A model generated the notes under the pieces. The model ran no database searches. It was given only the letters and a program-made list of their open reading frames with translations, and was not told where the DNA came from. A stretch of DNA of 64,000 bases, from positions 28,272,001 to 28,336,000 of the forward strand of contig CM022679.1 of assembly GCA_012295275.1 (NCBI GenBank), read 5' to 3'. The position numbers were made by a program, and so were the translations under genes. Positions 44,201 through 57,316 of the stretch are shown here, in pieces. Numbering within the stretch: the stretch's first letter is position 1; every line of letters begins with the position of its first letter. This stretch comes from Chrysomallon squamiferum (taxonomy: Eukaryota > Animalia > Mollusca).

Positions 44201-47200
44201 CACCAGCCACTGTGTCACGCGCTGGCATCCTATATGTCAATGCACAGGATTTGGGATGGAATCCGTAAGTTACTCACTTTATAACAGATTCATTATAAAT
44301 CAGTGAATGCTCCCATAATATTAAAAATCAGTACTATTTATTTGTTTTCTTAGTAAGTATTTCTTACTATAGATTAGGGAATGTCATTTTTTTTATAGAG
44401 TACAACTGAAATTATCTCTTGATTGATGTTCCGAGTTTTCAGTATCATTCATTTGTTGTAAGGTGTTGTTTTGTAGACAAATTTAGCTTGTATTTTGTAT
44501 GGTACTGGCTATTTGTTGATTGTGTTGAAAGCACGTTGCAGGTATATCATTGTGTTTTTAAGATATGTTCAGAGTTGGATTGATACACGTGAAGTGCAGT
44601 CAGAGAGAGCCAACTTGACCATTTTGTTTGACAAATACGTTCCAAGTCTTCTGGAGACAATGCGACATCGTTTTAAGAAAATCACTCCAGTGGCTGAGAT
44701 TTCTCACATTCAGATGCTGTGTTACCTGTTGGAAGGTCTGTTAACCCCAGAAAACACTCCTCCTGATTGTCCAAAGGAGCTGTATGAACTTTACTTTGTG
44801 TTTGCTAGTGTTTGGGCTTTTGGAGGAGTTATGTTCCAAGATCAGGTAGCTACTTCATTTTAAAATTCTGACACCAGTGTTTAAAATAAGCCCAAATTTT
44901 ACATCAGATTTAACATGCATCTAATGCACATCACCCAGACATAAACATTGCATAATGTTTTGAGTATGTAACCGTTGTTAACATGATCTTTAAAGTTTAA
45001 TTTCTATTACAGCTGACTGATCATCGAATTGAATTCACCAAGTGGTGGGTCACTGAGTACAAGACTATCAAGTTTCCTTCCACTGGTACAGTCTTTGACT
45101 ACTATATAGATCCAGAGACCAAGAAATTTGAACCTTGGACCAAGAAAATCCCCAAATTTGAGTTTGATCCTGATCTTCCTCTACAGGTATTACATTGTAT
45201 TACCAAAAACAGATTCTCCAGTCTTAGCACATGTACTCATAATTAAAAATAATCATAAACTGTTTGCAGAAAAATTTAAAAAAACATTTGTCTTAATTCA
45301 TGGGACACTTCCAGTTAATATATTTAAGGAATTTTAAAATATATTCATTATCATAATTCTTGTTGTTATGTACTAATATATGAAGATATATATATTTTGT
45401 TTTTTAAATTCTTTAAGTGTTTTCTGTCAGTGAATAATCTAACATCATTTTTTTAATATTTTTTATTTACATATTTAGGCTGCTTTGGTGTACACAGCTG
45501 AAACCATTCGAGTGAAATACTTTTTAGACATGTTGGTGGATCTGAAAAAACCTGTAATGCTGGTAGGAAATGCTGGTACAGGCAAGACTGTACTAATGCA
45601 AGATAAACTAGACAATTTATCTGATGAGTTCATGGTAACCAATGTGCCTTTCAATTTCTACACAACATCCATGATGTTGCAGAGAGTTCTGGAGAAACCA
45701 CTAGAGAAAAAAGCTGGACGGAACTATGGACCACCAGGCAACCGCAGGCTTATCTACTTTGTTGATGATATGAACATGCCAGAGGTACAGATAATTCTTT
45801 TCGCTTTCTTAGAGTAAAATAATTTAACTGAAAAATATATATAACCATGCATATGAAGTGGTCTGTATAATGCAGTTGAAAATTTTAAGTTTTACAACAC
45901 TCCAAAACATAAAAGAAACAAAAATTCAGTTGGCCAGATTGTAAAATGTGTACTGTTAATATACTTAATGATAATTTAAGGATGTGTTAATTTGTTTAAT
46001 CATTATTATTATTTGATTTTCAGGTTGACAAGTACTTCACAGTACAGCCACACACTCTGATCAGACAACACATTGACCATGGACATTGGTATGATAGAAC
46101 TAAGCTGACAGTCAAAGATATTCACAATACACAGTATGTGTCCTGCATGAATCCTACAGCTGGCAGTTTTACAATTGATTCCAGATTGCAGGTAAGAGTA
46201 TAAGACATATAACAACAATAAAAATAAATAAACGATAATAATAATAATCAAGAAAAAAGAAAAGGAAAGAAAGATAAACAGAATCTCCCCATATTTATTA
46301 ATACAGTATTATTTTAATATTATTATATTCTGTCCTTTCAGCGTCACTTCTGTGTGTTTGCTATGAGTTTCCCCAACCAAGATGCTTTGCACACCATCTA
46401 CACAAGTATTTTATCTCAGCATCTTGCTTTTGCAAACTTCCCTATGGCTGTTCAAAAGTTCACAAACAATTTAGTAGCAGGAGCATTAACCTTACACCAA
46501 AAAGTGTCAACTACATTCCTGCCAACAGCCATCAAGTTCCACTACATATTTAATCTCAGAGACCTGTCCAACATCTTCCAGGTAACTGTTTTTTTGTTTT
46601 TTACATCAGTTTTTTATTTTCATTAATACTAATTAATTTCATTTCTGTATCAAGAATCAACTGGGAATATTAAATCTTACCTGTATAGTAAAGTATTTAT
46701 TTTTTTTAAATTATATAAGAAGTGATGAATTATTAAAAATGCAGGTTCTTTACCTTTTCCGGAAGCAACAACCCTGCCTATATGTAATTTTCTACATTTG
46801 TTTATAGTATAAGATTTATCAGAAAAGTGTATTTAATTTTTTCAATAGATATATCTTTGTCATTTAGATTTTTGAACAAGTCGTTATACTTTTATTGTTT
46901 GACTTAAACATTTTTACATGGAGAATGATCTTGTACTCTGATATTATAGTGTAATGTTAAAAATTCTTTTATTTATGTATGATTAAAATATAATTTTGGT
47001 TATGAATTTTCCAGGGGATATTGTTTTCTGGCCCAGACTGTGCTAAAAATCCAGCAGACCTTGTACGTTTGTATATGCATGAGTCAGATAGAGTTTACAA
47101 GGACAAACTTGTAGATATTACTGATCTTGAGACTTTTGAACGGATACAGAAGGAGATGTTTAAGAAAAATTTTGAGGTTTGTGAAGATAAATTTGTTTTT

Positions 47201-50200
47201 GTAATAGGAGCTGTTTTATTAACTTCTGGATTATTCACTTGTTTATGTAGCTTTCTTTATCTTAGGTATTTGATGAGTCTATTTTACTCGGTTGTTCCAA
47301 CAGCTAATTTAACTGAAGTTATTTTCATTTCAGCATTTGTATTACTTATTTTAATAAAAAATTTATGGTTTTCAGGATATTGAAGAGGAGGTTGTTTACC
47401 GATCACCTGTTCTTTATTGCCACTTCACACAAGGCATTGGTGAGCCAAAGTACTTAGCTGTTGAAAGCTGGCCTTCCATCAACAAAATCCTTGTTGATGC
47501 TTTAGACAGTTACAATGAACTGAATGCTGCAATGAACCTTGTGCTGTTTGAAGATGCCATGATGCACATCTGTAGAATTAACAGAATTTTAGAATCACCT
47601 CGTGGAAATGCTCTTCTTATTGGTGTAGGTGGTAGTGGCAAACAGAGTCTTTCCCGACTGGCAGCTTTTATCAGCAGCCTGGATGTGTTCCAGATCACTT
47701 TGCGAAAAGGTTATTCTGTCACAGATCTGAAAGCAGATCTTTCTCAGCTTTACTTGAAGGCTGGTGTGAAAAACATTGGAGTTGTGTTTTTGATGACTGA
47801 TGCCCAGGTTGCAGATGAGCAATTTCTTGTTTTGATTAATGACTTACTGGCATCAGGTGAAATACCTGACCTGTTTGCAGATGATGATGTTGAGAATATA
47901 ATCAGTGGTGTAAGGAATGAAGTGAAAGGAGAAGGCATGGAAGACACACGAGAAAAAACTGCTGGAGGTTTTTCATTGACCGTGTGCGAAGAGTTCTCAA
48001 GGTATAAATATATTTCTTTGAATGATTATTTTAATATTGTACAATTAGTAATATAACTAAATCTATTTCACATAAATGTAGAGCAAATGCGTAAAAGATT
48101 AGTGAAAATCATAATAGGTGTACCTGTGTTTTAAAGTAACTATAATGTCTGAGTAGGCAAATACATTTCTTTTTTTCAGTTAATATTACATTATGATAAT
48201 TACTTAAAAAATACATTCATATACAAATATTTATTCTTTACTCAGGTTGTTCTGTGTTTCTCACCTGTTGGTTCAACTCTTCGTGTGAGAAGTCGTAAGT
48301 TCCCTGCTGTGACAAACTGCACATCCATTGACTGGTTCCATGAGTGGCCAGAGGAAGCTCTCAAATCTGTCAGTGCACGATTTCTGGAAGATGTGGAACT
48401 TATTGATGTACGTGGCTGTTACGTGTCTGTGCTATGATTAAGTGTAAAAATATATAAATAAAACAAAGTAATAAAAATCAGAAATAAAACAAAATTAAAA
48501 AACTGAAATATTTTTACTAATTGTTGTAAAATGTAAAAAACTGAAACATAAAATACAACAAATAAGCTATATTTCTTGTGGTAATATTTTAAATAACAAT
48601 TATGTTCTCTTTTAGGCTGAAACAAGAGAATCTATTTCTGTTTTTATGGCATATGTTCATAAATCTGTCAATGAAATCAGTGTTCAGTATCTGCAAAATG
48701 AGAAGCGTTACAACTACACAACACCAAAAAGTTTCTTAGAACAAATTGCTTTGTACCAGAATCTTCTGCAAACAAAAAACAGTGAGCTACAAGCCAAAAT
48801 CATTCGTTTGGAGAATGGGCTGGAAAAGTTGAGAAGCACTGCATCACAGGTAAAATGCTTCAGCTGGTTGTCAGTAATCATAATATGATTCTCTTATGAC
48901 AGCAAAAAATGTATTTAAGACAATATATCATTCTAAAGTTTTTAGCAATTACAGATTAGTTTTCAATATCATGGATAATTAAGACAGGTTCAGTTAAAGT
49001 GATCAGTTAAATGCATATACTGATGAGATTATTAATCCATTTTCACTTTCCTTATTCATACTGATTATTTCCCATTCTAAACTGTAGAGATTTTTTTAAA
49101 AATCATCATAATAGATGGCATTATTTTTTTGATTATCTGATACTTCTTTAAATAATGAATACAATTGTCATATATATTTGTTCTGTGTTAACACTTCTAA
49201 TGTTTTGAAATCCAGGTTGATGATCTCAAATCCAAATTGGCCTCTCAGGAAGTGGAATTAGCACAGAAAAATGAGGATGCAAACAAACTCATTCAGATAG
49301 TTGGAGCAGAAACAGAAAAAGTGAGCAAAGAAAAAGCTATTGCAGATGAAGAAGAGGCCAAGGTATCTCAGATCACAATAGAAGTAGAAAAGAAGCAAAG
49401 AGATTGTGAAATAGATTTGGCAAAAGCTGAACCAGCTCTGAAAGCAGCTGAGGAAGCTTTGAATACTCTGAACAAGGTACATTTTCTTTTAATCAAACTT
49501 GGAAATTTAAAGTAGTATATTTATCATCATAACACTTTGATGAAACATCTGATTACAAAATTAAAATAAATAAATAATGAAAATGAAGAATTTGGAATTG
49601 TGATTAAAATCTATTTCCATTATATTTTCTGTACATTTCTTGGTCTGCAATCTGGTGAATAACTTGACTGAATTGAAATCTTTGATTTTTCAGAATAACT
49701 TGACTGAATTGAAATCTTTGATTTTTCAGAATAAATTGACTGAATTGAAATCTTTGATTTTTCAGAATAACTTGACTGAATTGAAATCTTTGATTTTTCA
49801 GAATAAATTGACTGAATTGAAATCTTTGATTTTTCAGAATAAATTGACTGAATTGAAATCTTTGATTTTTCAGAATAACTTGACTGAATTGAAATCATTT
49901 GGCACACCACCGCCTGCTGTGTCCAATGTCACAGCTGCTGTGATGGTTCTTCTGGCTCCTGGCAATAAAATACCCAAAGATCGAAGCTGGAAAGCAGCAA
50001 AAGCTACCATTATGAGCAAGGTATTTGTAGTCTGATTCTGATGTAGTGAAATCACTGAAAATTAATAATCAAGGGATAACAAATGTCTAGAATATATTGC
50101 AAAAAGGAATTAGAATATAAAAGGACTGTATAAAATGTGAGAATCCTAAATAATGTTGAAAGAAGAAACTGATTAAGTACTGATATATTTTTTCAGGTTG

Positions 50201-53200
50201 ATCAATTCTTGGATAATCTTATCAATTATGACAAGGACAACATTCATGAAAATAACTTGAAAGCCATTCAACCTTACCTTGATGACCCTGAATTTGATCC
50301 AGATAACATTCGTGGGAAATCCTTTGCTGCTGCTGGTTTGTGTTCATGGGTTGTGAACATTGTGCAGTACTACAGAGTATACTGTACAGTAGAACCCAAG
50401 AGAATGGCTCTGAAAGCTGCCACTGATGAATTGGCTGCTGCCCGTGAAAAACTGCGTGGTATCAAAGCAAAAGTTGCTGAATTGGAAGCTACTCTAGCAA
50501 AATGTCAGGCAGAATTTGAAAGAGCTACTTCTGAGAAATTGCGCTGTCAACAAGAAGCTGAGACTACTGCTAAAACAATTGAGCTGGCCAACCGTTTGGT
50601 GGGTGGATTGGCATCAGAAAATGTCAGATGGGCAGAATCAATTGAAAATTTTCGCTTCCAAGAAAAAAGTTTGCCAGGTGATGTTTTAATGATCACTGCA
50701 TTTGTATCTTATGTTGGATGTTTCGTAAAGTCGTATCGTGTGGACTTGATGGACAATCACTGGCTGCCATTTCTTAAAGGTCTGAAACATCCTATCCCAG
50801 TGTCTGAAGGTTTGGATCCCCTTACTTTACTGATTGATGATGCTATTGTGGCAACATGGAATAACGAAGGGTTGCCAGGAGACAGGATGTCCACTGAGAA
50901 TGCCACAATCCTCACAAACAGTGAGCGTTGGCCTTTAATGATTGATCCTCAGCTTCAAGGCATCAAGTGGATCAAGAGCAAATATGGAGCTGAACTCAAA
51001 GTAGTGCGTCTTGGCCAGAAAGGTTACTTGGATACAATAGAGAATGCCATTCAGTCAGGAGACACTGTGTTAATAGAAAACATAGGTGAAGACATGGATC
51101 CAGTCCTGGACCATGTGATGGGTCGTAACACAATCAAGAAAGGTCGGGCCATTAAAATGGGTGACAAGGAAGTTGAGTATCACAAAGATTTCAGAATGAT
51201 TCTTCAAACAAAACTAGCCAATCCTCACTACAAACCTGAAATGCAAGCTCAGGCCACTTTGATTAATTTCACTGTCACTAGAGATGGTTTGGAAGATCAG
51301 CTTCTTGGCGAGGTTGTCAGTAAAGAAAGGCCTGATCTTGAAAAAATGAAAAGTGACCTAACACGTCAACAGAATGAATTCAAAATTACCTTGAAAGAAC
51401 TTGAAGACAATCTTCTTGCACGTCTGTCTGCTGCTGAAGGAAACTTCCTGGGTGACTATGCACTTGTAGAAAATCTGGAAACAACAAAAAGAACAGCAGC
51501 TGAAATTGAAGTGAAGGCTGAGCAAGCCAAACAGACAGAAATAGATATCAACACTGCACGAGAGAATTACCGTCCAGCTGCTGCCCGTGCATCTCTTCTG
51601 TATTTCATCATGAATGATCTTCACAAGATTAATCCTATGTATCAGTTCTCTCTGAAGGTAGGCTGATAAATTTTTGAAGATATTAGGTGATCAAAAACAG
51701 TGTTAAAAGCAAATGTTATAAGTACTTAATAACTCAGATTATAGGATTATTTCTATTCAGTGTCAGTATATTAATAGATGATATGTTCTCTATAGAAGAT
51801 AATCTGAAAATGTTTATTGATCTGATATTACTAATTTTTATAAAAGTATTTTGTTTTTTAATTTTTTTAAATCAAACACATTTTGGGGGAACAAGATTTG
51901 TTCTGTTTATATGAGAATCAAACCTCTTAATGTTTAATTTTTTTGTTATTTTATTTTTTTATTTCAGGCCTTCAGTGTGGTATTTAACAAGGCTATTGAT
52001 CGAGCAGAGCCTGCTGAAGAGGTGAAACAAAGAGTTATCAATTTGATTGATTGCATCAGCTATTCAGTGTTCATCTACACAACCAGAGGCTTGTTTGAGA
52101 AGGACAAACTTGTTTTTACCACACAGATGTCTTTCACTGTAAGTTAAGCTCCTTTGGTTTAGTTTCCTGCTGTCACTTTCCTGTTTCCTACTGCTATCAT
52201 TATAACATGTTTTTCTTCTTCTTTTTTTTTTGTCTTTCTTTTTTTCATTTCTGTTTTAGATAAATATTAATATTTCTATAGTTTATAAGGACAGGTTTAA
52301 TCCCATTAATTTCATTATATACAAACTGAACAAAAGATAAAATGTAAGAAAGTAATTTATTTTATATTAATTAAAATATTTGTTTTTAATGTTTTAGATC
52401 CTACTGAAGAGTAAGGAGCTGAATCCAGTGGAACTGGACTTCTTGCTTCGGTTTCCTTCAGCTGCAAATGTCACAACACCAGTCGATTTTCTGAGCAACT
52501 TATCCTGGGGTGGAATAAAGGTAAGTACTGTTTTCTAACCTTGCAATATGCATATACAAGGAACAGAATGTCTGAACTCTCTAATTATTATTTTTGGTTT
52601 ATGATCAAAGACTACTACAAACCTGCACCATGACTTGAAGGATTGCAATCCTTTGTAGAGCTACACTGATAAAGTTAATAGATATCACTATGTAAGAACC
52701 ACAATTTCTAAACTTTCCTCCTCATTTAATATTAAGCATTTCTAATACAAGAATGGACAGGACTGAATTTTCTGACACTGCTTGAATCCATTGAAGTTTT
52801 ATGGGTTACAAGTATGAATGTTTAGCAATGTTGACTAAATATAATGTCACTGGACCTAAAGATGACAGAACTAATGAATGTTTTGTTTATTCATTGTAGA
52901 ACTTGGCAAGTATGGAAGAGTTCCGAAATTTGGACAGAGACATTGAAGGATCTGCAAAAAGATGGAAGAAATTTGTTGAGAGTGAATGTCCAGAAAAAGA
53001 AAAGTTTCCACAGGAATGGAAAAATAAAACTGCTTTACAGAAACTTTGTATGATGAGAGCACTCCGCCCTGACAGGATGACTTATGCTGTGAGGTAATTA
53101 AAGATTAAATACTTTACATCTCATGCCTAGCTCAAATAGTTTAGCATTTTGATAGTTGATTCGAAGTAATAATTTCAATATATTACACTTAAAATAACTG

Positions 53201-56200
53201 AACCATTCAAACATTCATCCAAAAACATTAAAGTAAGCATTAATTTGAATACATCTAATGTTTATGTAGGTGCTGTATTAAAATAATTTTTCTCTATTTC
53301 ACCAATAACTATTGTTTAACAAGATGACTTACTTTAACCACTTTGATAAATTTATGTACAAATACTGTGTTATAATTAGAAAATATCTTGAAAATTATTT
53401 TTGTTTGCATGTTGTCAAAAAAACAATTCCTTTAGTTTATCTACTCCATAAAGAACATAAACAGCTAATGTGTTCAGTTTATTATATTAGGAGTTGTAAA
53501 CAGAAGACACCCAAGTAAAACTATTTCTTAATAGAAATGTTTGATTGTTATACTTTACTACCAGCTAAAACTGGATTATTTTTTAACATTTTTGTTTACA
53601 GAAACTTCATTGAAGAAAAACTTGGATCTAAATATGTTGAAGGCAGAGCTGTTGAATTTGCCAAATCTTTTGAAGAATCTGGCCCTGGCATCCCAATATT
53701 CTTCATCCTTTCACCTGGTGTTGACCCTTTGAAGGATGTAGAAGCTCTTGGAAAGAAACTGAACTTCTCTGATGAATGCAAAAACTTCCATAACATATCT
53801 CTGGGTCAGGGACAAGAAATTGTTGCCGAGCAAGCAATGGATGTGGCAGCAAAAGAAGGACACTGGGTTGTTTTGCAGGTTTGATTTTTCTGTAATAAAT
53901 AGGTGATAATCATGAAGACTGTTAATAGTTTTGGTTTAGATACATTATTGTAAGTATTATTTGAACAAGAAAGTAATTTTTTAAAAGGCCATAAATATTC
54001 TTTAAATATATTTTATTACAAATGAGTTACAAATTCAATTTATTCAATTTATTTTTATTTTTTTATATATCAGAATGTCCATCTTGTTGCTAAATGGTTA
54101 TCCAACTTGGAGAAAAAGTTGGAACAGTACAGCAGTGATGCACATGATGATTACCGGGTGTTTATCAGTGCCGAACCCGCTGGTACCCCGGAAACACATA
54201 TCATACCCCAAGGTATCCTGGAGACAGCTATCAAGATAACAAATGAGCCACCTACAGGCATGCATGCCAATCTGCACAAAGCTCTTGACAACTTCACCCA
54301 GGACACTTTGGAAATGTGTGCACGAGAAAGTGAATTCAAATCAATTTTGTTTTCCCTTTGTTACTTCCATGCTGTTGTCTGTGAGAGGCGAAAGTTTGGG
54401 CCCCAGGGATGGAACAGAGTGTATCCATACAACACAGGTGATTTGTCTATCAGTGTGAATGTCTTGTACAACTACCTAGAAGCAAATCCCAAGGTTCCAT
54501 GGGAAGATCTGCGATATTTGTTTGGAGAGATTATGTACGGTGGACACATCACTGATGACTGGGATCGACGTTTGTGTAGGACATACCTGGAAGTGTATAT
54601 GCACCCTGACATGGTAAGCTTTGTTATTTACTGAATATTTATGTGATTGTGTATTTGCTTTTTTGTTGTTTTACTTTACCAAAGATATGTTCTAATGATG
54701 TTGTTTTTTGCATCTTCTGTAAGGAATTTTTGTCAGTATTACACCAGCATTTTAATTATACATTCAGTAATCTGTGAACTGAATATAGTTATTAAATAAG
54801 GATTTTTCATTATGTTGTCATTGAAGGAATAATAGTTGTTTGTTTTAAGTAAATTACTGAATTACGGATATATTTATTCCCTATAGCTTGATGGAGAACT
54901 GTATCTTGCTCCTGGTTTTCCTATTCCTCCAAACTCTGACTACAAAGGCTACCATAACTACATTGATGAATGTCTGCCACCTGAGAGTCCATACTTATAT
55001 GGTCTACATCCTAATGCTGAAATAGAATTCTTAACAACAACATCTGAGAATCTTTTCCGTACAGTGTTTGAGATGCAGCCAAGAGATGCAGGTGCTGGTG
55101 CTGGAGCAGGAATCAGTCGAGAAGAAAAGGTCTGTTGTCTTTTAGAATTTATTGGTGTCCTCTAATCAGTTGGAATGTTAATTAGTGAATATTATAATAA
55201 ATATGTTCTTAACTAGCATAAACTTCTACAGAATGGTTCTTACATCCAAAAACATGAGAAATCTTGCTTATTGTTTGACATTAGTAATGGCAGATATATA
55301 TCACCTTTTGTTGTAATCTGTTTATGCTATATACTTGAACATGTATTAATAACATTTGAAAGTGATGTAATAAGGAGACTGACAAGATATATATTTTTGT
55401 ACATAACATGTATATGTAATCTTTGGTATTACAGATGAAGAATATGCTGGATGAAATTACAGAAAAATTGCCAGATGAATTCAACATGATAGAATTGATG
55501 GGTAAGGTGCCACCAGAGGAAAGAACACCATATGTTGTGGTTGCCTTCCAAGAATGTGAACGCATGAACATGCTAACCAATGAAATTAGACGATCCCTTA
55601 AAGAGCTTGACTTGGGATTAAAGGTACAATTTTTTCTTAATAACTTTTTACTTCTATTCTTTAGGAACTGATGTTGCATAAATCAGATTATGGTTGTTAT
55701 TATATTTGTATTTATTATTATTATTATTATTTCAAATTCTTAATTTGTGTTTCTGGTCTTTCAGATAAACTTCATATAGGTGTTTGTTAGTGACTATGCA
55801 ATATGTAAATTGGTAATCATCTCAACAATGTATATATGCTGTGGAATTTATTATTATTTTCTATTATTAAAATGTTCGGTTTTTCATAACATTTTAAAAT
55901 ATTTCATTGCCACTATAGGGTGAATTAACAATCACAGCTGACATGGAAGAACTTGGCAACAGTCTTTTCTTGGACACAGTACCAAGCACCTGGGCTAATC
56001 GTGCCTATCCATCTCTCTATACACTTGGTGTATGGTATCCTGACCTGCTTCAAAGAGTTAAAGAACTTGAGACTTGGACAACAGACTTCCAACTTCCAGC
56101 AGCTGTGTGGCTTGGAGGTTTCTTCAATCCTCAGTCCTTCCTCACAGCCATTATGCAGCAGATGGCTCGCAAGAATGAATGGCCTCTGGACAGAATGTTC

Positions 56201-56536
56201 CTACAGTGTGATGTGACCAAGAAGACACGTGAAGATATGGCAGGACCTCCTAGAGAAGGTGCTTATGTCCATGGACTGTACATGGAAGGAGCAAGATGGG
56301 ACACCCAGACAGGAATGATAGCTGAATCAAGACTCAAGGAACTAACCCCAGCAATGCCAGTGATGTTCATCAAGGCAATTCCAGTGGATCGGGTTGACCC
56401 AAGGAACGTCTATGAATGTCCAGTATACAAGACCAAGTCCAGAGGGCCAACTTTTGTCTGGACATTCAATCTGAAGACAAAAGAAAAAGCCAGCAAATGG
56501 ATTCTTGGAGGCGTTGCTCTTCTGTTGCAAGTCTAA
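26277..56536 (+). CDS. Axonemal dynein heavy chain, outer-arm beta type (DNAH9/DNAH11/DNAH17 family), copy B; full length, about 4,464 aa if the +2 frameshift at ~47955 is corrected
   Basis: ATG at 26277 ([14 protein letters not shown]), TAA at 56534-56536. 51 exons: 26277-26633, 27374-27561, 28002-28188, 28588-28687, 29357-29568, 30008-30241, 30534-30818, 31133-31398, 31711-31779, 32008-32134, 32595-32850, 33025-33269, 34063-34395, 34675-34929, 35051-35220, 35562-35784, 36154-36357, 36836-37237, 37570-37815, 38116-38340, 38643-38861, 39180-39332, 39779-40012, 40237-40529, 40778-40934, 41158-41420, 41920-42058, 42452-42544, 42983-43177, 43536-43746, 43988-44264, 44563-44845, 45013-45186, 45479-45784, 46024-46191, 46342-46581, 47015-47176, 47376-48001, 48246-48407, 48616-48849, 49216-49476, 49874-50020, 50197-51657, 51968-52138, 52398-52520, 52900-53093, 53602-53878, 54074-54613, 54887-55129, 55435-55623, 55919-56536. 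Same four P-loops, stalk and C-terminus as copy A. Exon lengths match copy A except exon 38 (+2 nt). Confidence 0.95.
27586..27828. mobile_element. Non-autonomous Tc1/mariner-pogo (Tigger-like) MITE, ~243 bp, in intron 2 of copy B
   Basis: Imperfect 25-bp TIRs: TAGGTTGAGAATCTTTTATCCGAAA and (reverse complement) TAGGTCAAGGAACCCTAATCTGAAA, 17/25 matching. Flanked by TA on both sides (27584-85, 27829-30). The ends and interior resemble my recollection of Tigger4/Zombi (MER46). Confidence 0.75.
29569..30007 (+). other. Non-canonical GC-AG intron (intron 5 of copy B)
   Basis: The exon ends ...GAT CAG|GCATGT and the acceptor ttcttag|TGC ACC is phase 0. The nearby downstream GT dinucleotides are phase 1 or 2, so only the GC donor keeps the frame (EICNMIIDQ|CTRFLDP). 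Confidence 0.8.
47953..47958 (+). other. +2 A frameshift in exon 38 of copy B (A6 versus A4 in copy A)
   Basis: Copy A reads CGA GAA AAC TGT TGG (RENCW). Copy B reads cgagaaaaaactgctgg. The exon is 626 nt versus 624 nt, and the spliced frame stops at TGA 48286-48288. Confidence 0.9.
49657..49896 (+). repeat. 36-bp tandem repeat (~6.7 units) spanning the intron 41/exon 42 junction of copy B
   Basis: Unit AATAA(C/A)TTGACTGAATTGAAATCTTTGATTTTTCAG, encoding N(N/K)[13 protein letters not shown] acceptors end at 49693, 49729, 49765, 49801, 49837 and 49873. Confidence 0.97.
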
Positions 56537-56722
56537 AGTGACAACTAAAATAATACCATCTCTATTGTTTTTTTTTTTTGAAGTTAAATTTGCTGCATGA
56601 ACATTTCTTATTTAATTCCAGTTATTGACTTATACATTTCTGTGTGCTTCTTTTGAGTACTAATTATACAAACATTATATTGTTAGTGTTTACTTTTTTA
56701 AAATGTTTATTCATTGTAGATT

Positions 56723-57316
56723 AATAAATTTAACTTGGTGCAAGTCGGTTTGTGAAAATGATGCTTCACTTCTATCCTTACTATGCATTAGTCCAGACAG
56801 TGCTTTAACAATTACTGGCTTATTTCCATTTCTGTCATTAGTTATAAAAAAACTTAATATTTTAAAACTATAGTCAGGTGCTGAAAACTACAAACATACT
56901 TTATTTATAGAAAAATAACATACATATTACATGAGGAGAGTAAATTAGAAGACATTTAAGAAGAAAAAGAAAAAAATATTTTTTAAACTGAATAAATGTT
57001 CATTAATCACCATCTTTAATAATATTTTGATGTCTTCCTGCTTTGAGTAATCACTATTTATAGTATTGTTTATGGTTTTAAGAAAAAAAAAATTCTTAAT
57101 GAAAAAATAGCAATGCAAATTATATGTTATTTACTAATATACATGTTGAATATATCTTATATGTTGCAAATTATTTCCAATACAAATATATATGTATTTA
57201 TATATTTATATTTTTAGTTTGACTGTGATATTAAAACTATATTTATTATAACATTTGCCAAAATTGTTGTAGTTACTGAATTTATACCATACAGTTTGTG
57301 CTAAACATTTAATAAA
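56723..57316 (+). terminator. Candidate polyadenylation signals of copy B
   Basis: AATAAA at 56723-56728 and 57311-57316 (another near 56991). The 57311 site is followed by a GT-rich tract (tttgttgtgttt). Confidence 0.35.

Noticed and set aside
49657-49896. 36-bp repeats as a CRISPR array
   Set aside because: Units are contiguous with no unique spacers, derive from the dynein intron/exon junction, and the DNA is eukaryotic.
681-56530. Numerous minus-strand and alternative-frame ORFs (e.g. 4780-5037, 11146-11349, 18719-18985, 24440-24703, 49620-49910)
   Set aside because: They are shadows of dynein exons or of repeats. They recur in both copies only because the exons are near-identical, and they show no recognisable domains.
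425-56536. The two dynein copies as an uncollapsed haplotype (false duplication)
   Set aside because: Most introns are unalignable and of different length, and some exons differ at about a third of residues. This is far beyond allelic divergence.
26277-56536. Assigning a specific symbol (DNAH9, DNAH11 or DNAH17)
   Set aside because: Those are vertebrate paralogs. These genes appear co-orthologous to the group and cannot be resolved without a phylogeny.
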